In this document: positions 47,385 through 54,518 of the stretch, piece after piece
How the letters are laid out: every line of letters begins with the position of its first letter
Numbering within the stretch: the first letter of the stretch is position 1
IMG/VR virus record: IMGVR_UViG_3300031369_000002
Location: 1 to 64,000 of that record
Reading direction: 5' to 3' (one strand)
Source of the DNA: a virus
Length of the DNA stretch: 64,000 nt
The notes under the pieces: model-generated
Databases searched by the model: none
The model's input: only the letters and a program-made list of their open reading frames with translations
Told to the model about the DNA's origin: nothing
Made by a program: the position numbers and the translations under genes

Positions 47385-48137
47385 TTAATTAAAAAATTCT
47401 TCTAAATCAATATCATAACAATTATACCAGGCATCTGCATGATAACAATTAACGCTGCCATAATTAACATCAGGTACCTTTTTAATTTCCACCTCATACT
47501 TTTTAGAGTAATCCTTCAAAGGTTTCCATCTAAACTTACGATTAGTAAACATCTCAACTTTTTTAATGGTAGCATGTTTTTTATTAAATCCTACCTCTTC
47601 TCTTAACTTATTAACTTCTCTACTAAGATGAGAAGCAGTCACCATAGCTGTAGCAGTTTTCTTATCTGATATCCAGGCTTTAGTTCTAATAGCCTCATCT
47701 CTTTCTCCTATAACTACAGCCTTTTCACCCTCTAATTTTTCAATAGATAATTGCTTTTCAGCAGCTAACATTAAAGCTTCCCCATAAGTTTTAGGTACAT
47801 TTAAACTATAGCTGCCAGTCTTTCTAATTGAGGGCAATACTTCACTAGTAACCCACTTCTTAAATTTCTTAGCTTCCTCTTTCTTACTTGATAAAATTAA
47901 GGAATATAACCCAGATTCATTAATGATAGTTACACTATTTGTCCCTAATTCTTGAATTGAGAGAGTGGCTCTGTCATCTTCATCAACATGTCTTATCAAA
48001 GCGTTATACGTATTAGAATAATCTAAAATATGAGCTACATCCACGCCAATAAACCAAGGCTCCCCTTCAATCTCTAAAGACCTAATTTCAAATCCTAACC
48101 CTTTATCATCTTTCCAAACTTGTAACGCACTGTTCAT
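47385..48137 (-). CDS. Bro-N domain antirepressor-like protein
   Basis: EPWFIG.DVA.IL.Y, INESGLYSLILSS and AKKFKKWVTSEVLPSIRKTGSY motifs. Confidence 0.92.
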   Translation of the reverse strand: MNSALQVWKDDKGLGFEIRSLEIEGEPWFIGVDVAHILDYSNTYNALIRHVDEDDRATLSIQELGTNSVTIINESGLYSLILSSKKEEAKKFKKWVTSEVLPSIRKTGSYSLNVPKTYGEALMLAAEKQLSIEKLEGEKAVVIGERDEAIRTKAWISDKKTATAMVTASHLSREVNKLREEVGFNKKHATIKKVEMFTNRKFRWKPLKDYSKKYEVEIKKVPDVNYGSVNCYHADAWYNCYDIDLEEFFN

Positions 48138-48157
48138 AAAACTCCTCCTAAATATAC

Positions 48158-48294
48158 AAAGCCCCTATATACCACCAAGTCCGACCTCAGTTATATAGGG
48201 GCTTTTACCTTATTATTTAGGTTTTTTAGTTTGGGTCGGATTCAAACCAAAAAACCTACTCAGGTATAATATCAAATTTTAGATTTATAGTCAA
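48158..48294 (-). promoter_or_regulatory. Promoter and two-hairpin leader of the Bro gene, with complementary loops
   Basis: TTGACT-N17-TATTAT; hairpins at 48218-48258 and 48158-48205; loops UCCGACC / GGUCGGA. Confidence 0.7.
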
Positions 48295-48298
48295 CCTC

Positions 48299-48442
48299 TT
48301 AATCTTTTTCCTTCATCAATTCCTCTGCACACTCCGCACAAACATTTAAAACCTGCTTTGTTTTTTTATGCGTCATTTCAATTAAAAAATAATGTACAGT
48401 CTTACTACATTTCTCACACTTAGCAGTATATACAGGCCTCAC
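48299..48442 (-). CDS. Micro zinc-binding protein (47 aa)
   Basis: Not in track; KCEKC...VCAEC; GTG start with GGAGG RBS. Confidence 0.55.
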   Translation of the reverse strand: MRPVYTAKCEKCSKTVHYFLIEMTHKKTKQVLNVCAECAEELMKEKD

Positions 48443-48456
48443 TATATCCCTCCTTT

Positions 48457-48612
48457 CTACCATTTTTCGAGTTTACCGTCAATCATCCAGCCATACTTAC
48501 AGCGACTACAGTAGCACTTTTTAACCTTTACGGTACCACCTTTAACAAACTGGGTATTTTCATCCACCTTATCAGACTTGCCACACTGCGGACATACTTC
48601 TTTAACAGCCAT
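48457..48612 (-). CDS. Micro zinc-ribbon protein (51 aa)
   Basis: Not in track; VCPQCG...YCSRCKYGW; GAGGAGG RBS. Confidence 0.6.
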   Translation of the reverse strand: MAVKEVCPQCGKSDKVDENTQFVKGGTVKVKKCYCSRCKYGWMIDGKLEKW

Positions 48613-48629
48613 ATCAATCCCTCCTCATA

Positions 48630-48965
48630 CTATACATTAGGAGCATTAGTCCTTAGAACATAACATTCAGGAGCAGGCTCCCAGCAAAAAAACATATTAT
48701 CCTCATTAATTAACCTATCAATAAATACCTGATAATAACCTAAATGCAAACAAACATTATAGCCACCAGCTTTGACCGCACTATCCATAGTATCAGCCAA
48801 TAAATCATATTTTTCTAAGAGTTCTTTTTTAGGTCCAGTTAACTTAAAGTCAAAAGGAGCAAAAGATATCCAAACTACCTTTGATTTCTCAGCAACATTA
48901 CACATTACTTTTGCTGGCTTAATAGAAATCAAAACATTACTTCTATCTAACAATGTAAATCTCAT
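48630..48965 (-). CDS. Hypothetical protein with long structured leader
   Basis: 111 aa ORF, AAGGAGG RBS. Confidence 0.6.
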   Translation of the reverse strand: MRFTLLDRSNVLISIKPAKVMCNVAEKSKVVWISFAPFDFKLTGPKKELLEKYDLLADTMDSAVKAGGYNVCLHLGYYQVFIDRLINEDNMFFCWEPAPECYVLRTNAPNV

Positions 48966-48984
48966 TTCATTCCTCCTTAGAATA

Positions 48985-49240
48985 AATAAAGCCTCTTATT
49001 TTATGTTAAAAGTCAGAGTAACATAAAACAAAAGACTATTTTCATCATGTATTATTATATTTAAGGTTTTAAACTTGACTCTGACAACAACTTTAAAACC
49101 TTAGATACTTTAAATAAAATAAGCCTTCTCCTTGCCTATAGTTGTGATAGGACACGCATTTTCGTCGAAGCAGAAAACTTAAAGACCGCAAGTGGTTTAC
49201 ACAAGCTAGATTACTAAAATCTCTTCGATAACTTCATCCT
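48985..49240 (-). ncRNA. Structured RNA/leader of about 255-275 nt with kissing-loop hairpins
   Basis: TTGACT (49270-75)-N17-TATATT; GC-richer 5' domain; hairpins at 49062-49103 and 48989-49037 with loops GUCAGAGU / ACUCUGAC. Confidence 0.55.
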
Positions 49241-49284
49241 AAAAACAATATAACACAAAATGATGTATCAGTCAAGCATAAATT

Positions 49285-49403
49285 AAAAACACCCTAGAAA
49301 ATTCTAGGATGCTAAAACCTGCAACACATTATAAATTATAAGAAAAGTAAAACTAATATTTATCACTTATTATCCAGCACATAATAAATGAACCATTCGA
49401 CTT
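49285..49403 (-). ncRNA. Candidate small RNA
   Basis: TTGCAT (49433-38)-N17-TATACT with TG; terminator at 49290-49311. Confidence 0.45.
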
Positions 49404-49420
49404 AAAAGAAGTATAACATA

Positions 49421-49768
49421 TTAAATCATGCCATGCAACTGACAACGAATTTTAATATCACAAGGATTAGCTCCAATATTTTTAGCCACTAATCTAAAAG
49501 AATAGCCTTGAGGGCCTCCGTTACGATAAGTAGTATATTGACCAAAAGCCGCACTCATAGGAACATTAAAAGGCATATTAGGCACATCCTCAACAAGTTC
49601 CGAATCTCTTCTTTGAAAATCAATTTCTATATCCTCAGTATTAGTGATCATCATTAAAACATCTCTAACAAATTGAATATCATTAAACCAACCAGATTTA
49701 ACAACGCCACCAACATTAAGTCCAGATACATCAATAACTAGACCCTTATCAATATAATTTGTATCCAT
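49421..49768 (-). CDS. Hypothetical beta-rich protein with its own promoter
   Basis: ATG at 49768 with GGAGG RBS; TTGTGT-N17-TATTAT upstream. Confidence 0.55.
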   Translation of the reverse strand: MDTNYIDKGLVIDVSGLNVGGVVKSGWFNDIQFVRDVLMMITNTEDIEIDFQRRDSELVEDVPNMPFNVPMSAAFGQYTTYRNGGPQGYSFRLVAKNIGANPCDIKIRCQLHGMI

Positions 49769-49825
49769 AAAATACCTCCAAAATATTAGTATATTTCCAT
49801 AATAGCATACTCTTTTTACTAACAC

Positions 49826-49924
49826 AAAAAATAGAAGCTTTTGGCTTCTATTTGTATTTATGGTGTAATCCTCTATATAAATCCGTAAACTTATTTATAG
49901 GAAGGAATGACTAAAAGTATTTAT
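49826..49924 (-). ncRNA. Candidate small RNA
   Basis: TTGACT (49954-59)-N17-TATAAT; terminator at 49829-49853. Confidence 0.5.
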
Positions 49925-49955
49925 AGACACATTATACTTTAGTCATTCACCAAAG

Positions 49956-50405
49956 TCAAACTTTCTTCTCAATAATGATTTTAACTTTCTTAGAAACATC
50001 CTCTACCAGATCACAATTAAATAAATCTTTTAATTTATTTAAAGCCTGGCCATCCACCCCAGAATATTCCCTATAATCTTCTATCTCATAAAGCACATCA
50101 TTTAAAACATCCAACTCCGCATAAGATAGAATAGTTTCCTCAGGATATATTTTATCTTTTAATTCCTCTTTATCATCCTTATCAGGCTCCAAAGAACCAT
50201 CAAGCCAAAAATATCCCTTTACTTCAACATAAGTTTGATTTTTTAAACCTAATAAATTAATTAATATTGCTTTTAAATGACCCATATGCATCTCATCAGG
50301 CCCAACCTTAGAGCCTATTATAGCAGTACATTGCATATGACTTGTCATAAGCTCAGACCTAATATAAAACTCTACACTATAATTATATATCTTTTCCATT
50401 CTCAT
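49956..50405 (-). CDS. Hypothetical protein, paralog of the adjacent gene
   Basis: Shares SKVGPDE...L..LL.LK..TY with 50402..50608. Confidence 0.6.
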   Translation of the reverse strand: MRMEKIYNYSVEFYIRSELMTSHMQCTAIIGSKVGPDEMHMGHLKAILINLLGLKNQTYVEVKGYFWLDGSLEPDKDDKEELKDKIYPEETILSYAELDVLNDVLYEIEDYREYSGVDGQALNKLKDLFNCDLVEDVSKKVKIIIEKKV

Positions 50406-50608
50406 TCCTCCACTATAAATACTTTTTGAACCATAATATAAGTACCATCTTTTAAATTTAATAAGCTTTCTAAAACAGACTCAAGATAACTAAAGGACAC
50501 CTCATCAGGCCCAACTTTAGATTGGATTGTATCTGAAGATAAAATTCTAGTATTTATAAAATCTGACTCAATAGTATATTTGACCACATAATCATAAAAT
50601 TTATCCAT
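50402..50608 (-). CDS. Hypothetical protein
   Basis: MDKFYDY...SKVGPDE; tandem paralog. Confidence 0.6.
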   Translation of the reverse strand: MDKFYDYVVKYTIESDFINTRILSSDTIQSKVGPDEVSFSYLESVLESLLNLKDGTYIMVQKVFIVEE

Positions 50609-50612
50609 CTTC

Positions 50613-50846
50613 ATTCCTCCCATAAAGCTATTTTAGTATTTCATATCTAAATATAATTTTTTTAATTCTTCCAATGACTTATCGGCATAGTCTTTATAAC
50701 TGCATATAATACTTATAAATTGTTCGCCTAAACTTGCAACTTGATCATTGCAAAAAGTAATTCTAACTTGATTATCTTCTATTATCGATATACTAAAAAA
50801 ATCATATCTTAATGTCATAACCTTATTCCTCCCATAAAGCTATTTT
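50613..50846. repeat. 22-bp perfect direct repeats flanking one gene
   Basis: attcctcccataaagctatttt at 50613-50634 and 50825-50846. Confidence 0.8.
50633..50818 (-). CDS. Hypothetical protein bracketed by direct repeats
   Basis: 61 aa ORF; its RBS lies inside the repeat. Confidence 0.55.
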   Translation of the reverse strand: MTLRYDFFSISIIEDNQVRITFCNDQVASLGEQFISIICSYKDYADKSLEELKKLYLDMKY

Positions 50847-51025
50847 TTATCCAATCCAATTATATAATCTCTGATAATATACACAGACTTTTTAAGCATT
50901 GTATTATTGCCAAAAGACACTAACCAGACAGCAAAAGCAATTAACCAACCTACTTTAAAACCTAAAATAATTAAGCCCACAAGCCAAAAAATAAAACCTA
51001 TACAAATATACTTATTATATTTCAT
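50840..51025 (-). CDS. Small membrane protein
   Basis: Hydrophobic hairpin. Confidence 0.55.
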   Translation of the reverse strand: MKYNKYICIGFIFWLVGLIILGFKVGWLIAFAVWLVSFGNNTMLKKSVYIIRDYIIGLDKK

Positions 51026-51549
51026 TTCTGATCCTCCACTTTTTCCTTAGCTCCAAACTCACTAATATGACAACTATTTAATTTATTATTTAAAAAATCA
51101 AAGTCGCTTTCAAAACCACCAATATAATCTAATACTCCTAAAACTGTTACTATATCACCAACTTTTACTTTTAATAATTCTTTATCCGTACTAAAGTTAC
51201 AATTAAAATAATATGCCTCAATACCATTAACATCATCTTTAGGACTATAAAACTCTATTTCATTCCAACCATCTATAATATCGTTTATTTCACCAGTTAT
51301 TCTATATTTTTTCCCTATATACTTATTTTTGGCTACTATCTCATTAAAATGATAATCTTTCATTATAGAGGCAAATTCTACATTATCTAAAAGTTTATAT
51401 TCTTTTATATTCTCCATATAAGAAGGACTTTCAGAGTTATAATCAGGAGTAGCCACCAACCAGCCAACTACTAAAGACAAAATAATTATGAAAAATATAC
51501 CTCCTACAATACTAAAACCAATAATTAACAATATTTTATTTATACTCAT
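51022..51549 (-). CDS. Membrane-anchored OB-fold (tRNA_anti-like) protein
   Basis: TM segment then Y..NE..A..KY.GK...ITG.I..I and L.KVKVGD.VTV.G. Confidence 0.7.
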   Translation of the reverse strand: MSINKILLIIGFSIVGGIFFIIILSLVVGWLVATPDYNSESPSYMENIKEYKLLDNVEFASIMKDYHFNEIVAKNKYIGKKYRITGEINDIIDGWNEIEFYSPKDDVNGIEAYYFNCNFSTDKELLKVKVGDIVTVLGVLDYIGGFESDFDFLNNKLNSCHISEFGAKEKVEDQK

Positions 51550-51899
51550 TTCTGATCCTTCCTTTTCTTGGAGCAATCTCCGCAAACTATAAAACTAAAC
51601 TCTATATCTTTATTACAATCTTGGCACTTATGGCCTACTATGGTAACTCTAGGCTCCTCAGGTTTACCAGTAAAAATCCTCTGACCTACAAAAGGCTTAT
51701 AATGCAATTGCCTAGTATCCAACTGCCATGCTGTATGCAACATATTAGGCATGGTACCTTCCTCATGACACACTCGACAAGCTATACAAAAAGGAACTAC
51801 ACCGTCTCTAGAGTTCCAAAGAATTTCTAAAGCTCCGCAAGCCTTACACCTATACAACATCAAACAATAAGCCTCGTTGTATTTATTTTTTTCAATCAT
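51546..51899 (-). CDS. Zinc-binding phage protein
   Basis: EAYCLM.Y.C..CG..E..WNSRDGV.PF.I.C..C. Confidence 0.65.
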   Translation of the reverse strand: MIEKNKYNEAYCLMLYRCKACGALEILWNSRDGVVPFCIACRVCHEEGTMPNMLHTAWQLDTRQLHYKPFVGQRIFTGKPEEPRVTIVGHKCQDCNKDIEFSFIVCGDCSKKRKDQK

Positions 51900-52222
51900 T
51901 CCTCTACCTCCACTATTAACTGATAATCATCTAAAGACTTATCAGTTTTTATATTTAATACTCTTTCAAGAGTTCTAAGAACCCATCTTAATTCCCCATA
52001 TATAGCTAAATTAGCCTCTAATCTTGGCCTATCAAATTGAATCAAATCATATCTCTCTTTAGAAGCTTTAAAAGCAATCTGTTCTTTTGCCACATGATAA
52101 GCACTTAAAAAATCCTCTCTACACTTATAATACAAAGTAACCAGGTCCTCTGTCTCCTGAGAAGATAACACATAATTTCTATCCTTGCATTCTTTTCTTT
52201 TTTCCTGAAAATTAATAGCCAT
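51896..52222 (-). CDS. Hypothetical protein
   Basis: 108 aa ORF, GGAGG RBS. Confidence 0.55.
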   Translation of the reverse strand: MAINFQEKRKECKDRNYVLSSQETEDLVTLYYKCREDFLSAYHVAKEQIAFKASKERYDLIQFDRPRLEANLAIYGELRWVLRTLERVLNIKTDKSLDDYQLIVEVEE

Positions 52223-52233
52223 TAATAACCTCC

Positions 52234-52449
52234 TTAACCTATAATCATCTTTTTACCCGTAGGCCCGCATTTAGGGCAATAATTAAACCAGCATCTAAAA
52301 TCATCAGAGTGTATATTCCACCAATGATAATCTTTGCTGGCTTTAACTGCCTCTTTATGGGTCTTACGCTTAATCAGCAGCCCACAGAGATCACATCTTA
52401 ATTCCCAAAAATTATTAGTATTCTTTAAACTCATAGTTGGCCTCATCAT
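52234..52449 (-). CDS. Zinc-ribbon protein, paralog of 62419..62607
   Basis: L.CD.CG...EAV...W...W..YCP.C in both. Confidence 0.6.
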   Translation of the reverse strand: MMRPTMSLKNTNNFWELRCDLCGLLIKRKTHKEAVKASKDYHWWNIHSDDFRCWFNYCPKCGPTGKKMIIG

Positions 52450-52885
52450 TTAAACAAATATTTAACCCTTCCTCAGAACATAAGGCACCATCTTTGAATT
52501 TAATTTTAACTTCACCAGAACCATCTAGCTTAGTAACCCAAGCTATACCACTAGCTCCGTTATTCATAGAATTTAAACGATTAATCTGCCCCTCTACTTT
52601 TTTACCATTAATAATTAAGTTTACTTTTCTTCTAAGAAGAGGATGATCAGCCAATAAATCCTCTACAGGGCTATCTAGAAACTTAATGCTATCAGCCTCC
52701 ACCACAACCACCTGACCGATCATTAATTCCACTATAGCCATAGGGTAAGGGTAAATCCCGTCCATATCAGAAGAACTAGCAGGGGAAAAGCCATGAAACC
52801 ATCCAACCACATCATAAGTATATTGGCTATTAATATACACCTTTTCAACTAAAACCTTTCTAGGTTTCTTACCATCTTTACTCAT
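52415..52885 (-). CDS. Hypothetical protein
   Basis: GWFHGF...AIVEL..GQV motif; ATG at 52885 with GGAGG RBS. Confidence 0.55.
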   Translation of the reverse strand: MSKDGKKPRKVLVEKVYINSQYTYDVVGWFHGFSPASSSDMDGIYPYPMAIVELMIGQVVVVEADSIKFLDSPVEDLLADHPLLRRKVNLIINGKKVEGQINRLNSMNNGASGIAWVTKLDGSGEVKIKFKDGALCSEEGLNICLNDEANYEFKEY

Positions 52886-53087
52886 CCTTAAACCTCCCAG
52901 GTAGTTTAATATTATGTATGCCATTAATTAATCTTAAGGCATACTCTAAGATTTCATCATCAGAAGTATTTAACTCAGCAAATACCTTTTTAACTTTTTT
53001 CAACTCATACAATGTTTTAACAGACACAGCCAATAACACCTTTTTATCATTCTTAGCACTCATATCCTTCTTATCATTCATAATCAT
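52878..53087 (-). CDS. Ribbon-helix-helix-like small regulator
   Basis: KKVLLAVSVKTLYELKK...SDDEILEYALR pattern. Confidence 0.5.
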   Translation of the reverse strand: MIMNDKKDMSAKNDKKVLLAVSVKTLYELKKVKKVFAELNTSDDEILEYALRLINGIHNIKLPGRFKDE

Positions 53088-53120
53088 TCCTCCTATACCT
53101 ACACTATATATAAATTCACT

Positions 53121-53170
53121 TTTGCCCCTAACAAGGTATTATACCGCCGAAGGGGCAAAGTTTACTGTTA
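53121..53170 (-). promoter_or_regulatory. Class II promoter TAAC-N20-CGGTATAAT with flanking inverted repeat
   Basis: tttgcccct at 53121-29 / aggggcaaa at 53151-59. Confidence 0.65.
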
Positions 53171-53204
53171 TTTTAAAAAATTTTTAAACTTTTTTATTAT
53201 ACGC

Positions 53205-53513
53205 TCATATACTTATAAAATTATTATATGCGATTAAATCAGACCTGATTGATTTTAAAGCCTTTAAGTTAGCTTTAAAGCTATTTAACATATCAGATAA
53301 AGTGCCTTCATCCAATAAGGCTAATTGATTAATACTAACCCATAAGGTATACATATAAATATCAGCGTATTTATACTTAACCTTCAAAGAATCATAAAAA
53401 CGATTCTTATTTAATCTATTGCCTCTGAGTTTGCTAATAGCATTCTCAATATTAAGGCAATTTTTAGCTAATAATGACACTTCCATACAAAGTTCTAAAT
53501 GCATTTTATTCAT
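53205..53513 (-). CDS. Early hypothetical protein
   Basis: Sole gene after class I promoter 53552-53580. Confidence 0.55.
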   Translation of the reverse strand: MNKMHLELCMEVSLLAKNCLNIENAISKLRGNRLNKNRFYDSLKVKYKYADIYMYTLWVSINQLALLDEGTLSDMLNSFKANLKALKSIRSDLIAYNNFISI

Positions 53514-53535
53514 TTAATCATCCTCCAAAAATTAA

Positions 53536-53580
53536 TTTATCTTATGTATCTATATTAACATTATCCTTTACATATGTCAA
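53536..53580 (-). promoter_or_regulatory. Class I promoter plus leader
   Basis: TTGACAtatgtaaagg..-N17-TAATAT, ATAAGATAAA. Confidence 0.8.
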
Positions 53581-53595
53581 GGAAAAATATAAAAA

Positions 53596-53623
53596 AATAG
53601 ATAGGGCATAAACCCTATCTATT
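53596..53623 (-). terminator. Intrinsic terminator ending the recombination operon
   Basis: AATAGATAGGG/CCCTATCTATT stem followed by a T-tract. Confidence 0.8.
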
Positions 53624-53844
53624 TATACTCTATGATTCCAAATCTTAACCGCAGTATCCAAATCCAAATAAGAAAAAGTATTCACCGCTATTACCTTCTC
53701 ACTTTTACAATTCTCACAACTCACAGAATAATGATATATTTTTTCAATTTCATTAACTAACCACCTATCTACGCCCTTAGGTACAGTACCACAAAAAGGG
53801 CAACTCTTAATAGGTATCTTAGACTCTATTAACTCATAATCCAT
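53623..53844 (-). CDS. Lar-like (restriction alleviation family) zinc-ribbon protein
   Basis: KSCPFCG...V.C..C...AVKIWN.R. Confidence 0.7.
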   Translation of the reverse strand: MDYELIESKIPIKSCPFCGTVPKGVDRWLVNEIEKIYHYSVSCENCKSEKVIAVNTFSYLDLDTAVKIWNHRV

Positions 53845-54509
53845 TATTTCATCTTTTCAATTACAGTCTTATATTTAGGTTTGCTGAACCTATAAACCCG
53901 ATCAGCATAATCAATAAACTCTTTTTGATGAGTTACAAGAATTATCTGCAGGTCCTTTCCTAACTCAGTAACTAATTTATTAATCACCTTAGCAATTAAA
54001 GGTACATACTCAGCCGATAAATTAGCAAAGCTTTCATCTAAAAATAAAACAGGTCTATATTTTTTAGACTGAAATACCAGGACTAATAATTTCAATAAGA
54101 ACCCTACTATATTACTTACACCACCACCATGAGACGACATAATATCTGTAGTGACTTCTTTATCCTCATACATAAAAGTTAAGACAGGTTTAATAGTAAA
54201 TTGATTTCTTTCTATACTGTTAATAAATTTAAAACTTTTGAACTGTCCTTCAAAAATAATTGATAAAGCGTAAGATATCAACATTTCAAATTTATCTTGT
54301 ATATTTCTATGTTCTCTTTCACTAAATTTTTGGAATAGTCTAGCCACCTCTTCCAATATACTAGTATCAAATTTAAGCTCTTCCACAACTTTATCCAGAT
54401 CAGCAATCCTGCTATTTAAATCTTTTAATAATACCTCTTCTCTATTGACCGAAAATTCAAAGGTATCAATAGCATTTGATAAAATACCTAATTTATTCAT
54501 CATTCCCAT
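53844..54509 (-). CDS. sbcC: SbcC/Rad50-like ATPase, C-terminal half
   Basis: Coiled coil, signature SHGGG, Walker B LFLDESFANLS, H-loop QIILVTH; no Walker A. Confidence 0.85.
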   Translation of the reverse strand: MGMMNKLGILSNAIDTFEFSVNREEVLLKDLNSRIADLDKVVEELKFDTSILEEVARLFQKFSEREHRNIQDKFEMLISYALSIIFEGQFKSFKFINSIERNQFTIKPVLTFMYEDKEVTTDIMSSHGGGVSNIVGFLLKLLVLVFQSKKYRPVLFLDESFANLSAEYVPLIAKVINKLVTELGKDLQIILVTHQKEFIDYADRVYRFSKPKYKTVIEKMK

Positions 54510-54518
54510 TACAACCTC

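Noticed and set aside
49150-49240. Hammerhead ribozyme (GAUGA...GAAA)
   Set aside because: The core reads AGGAUGA, not CUGANGA, and stems I/III could not be built. The same applies to GUGAUGAG at 22129-22136.
22166-53580. Recurrent ~45-bp elements as a CRISPR or mini-array
   Set aside because: Dispersed by kilobases, no repeat-spacer periodicity, and fully explained as promoters.
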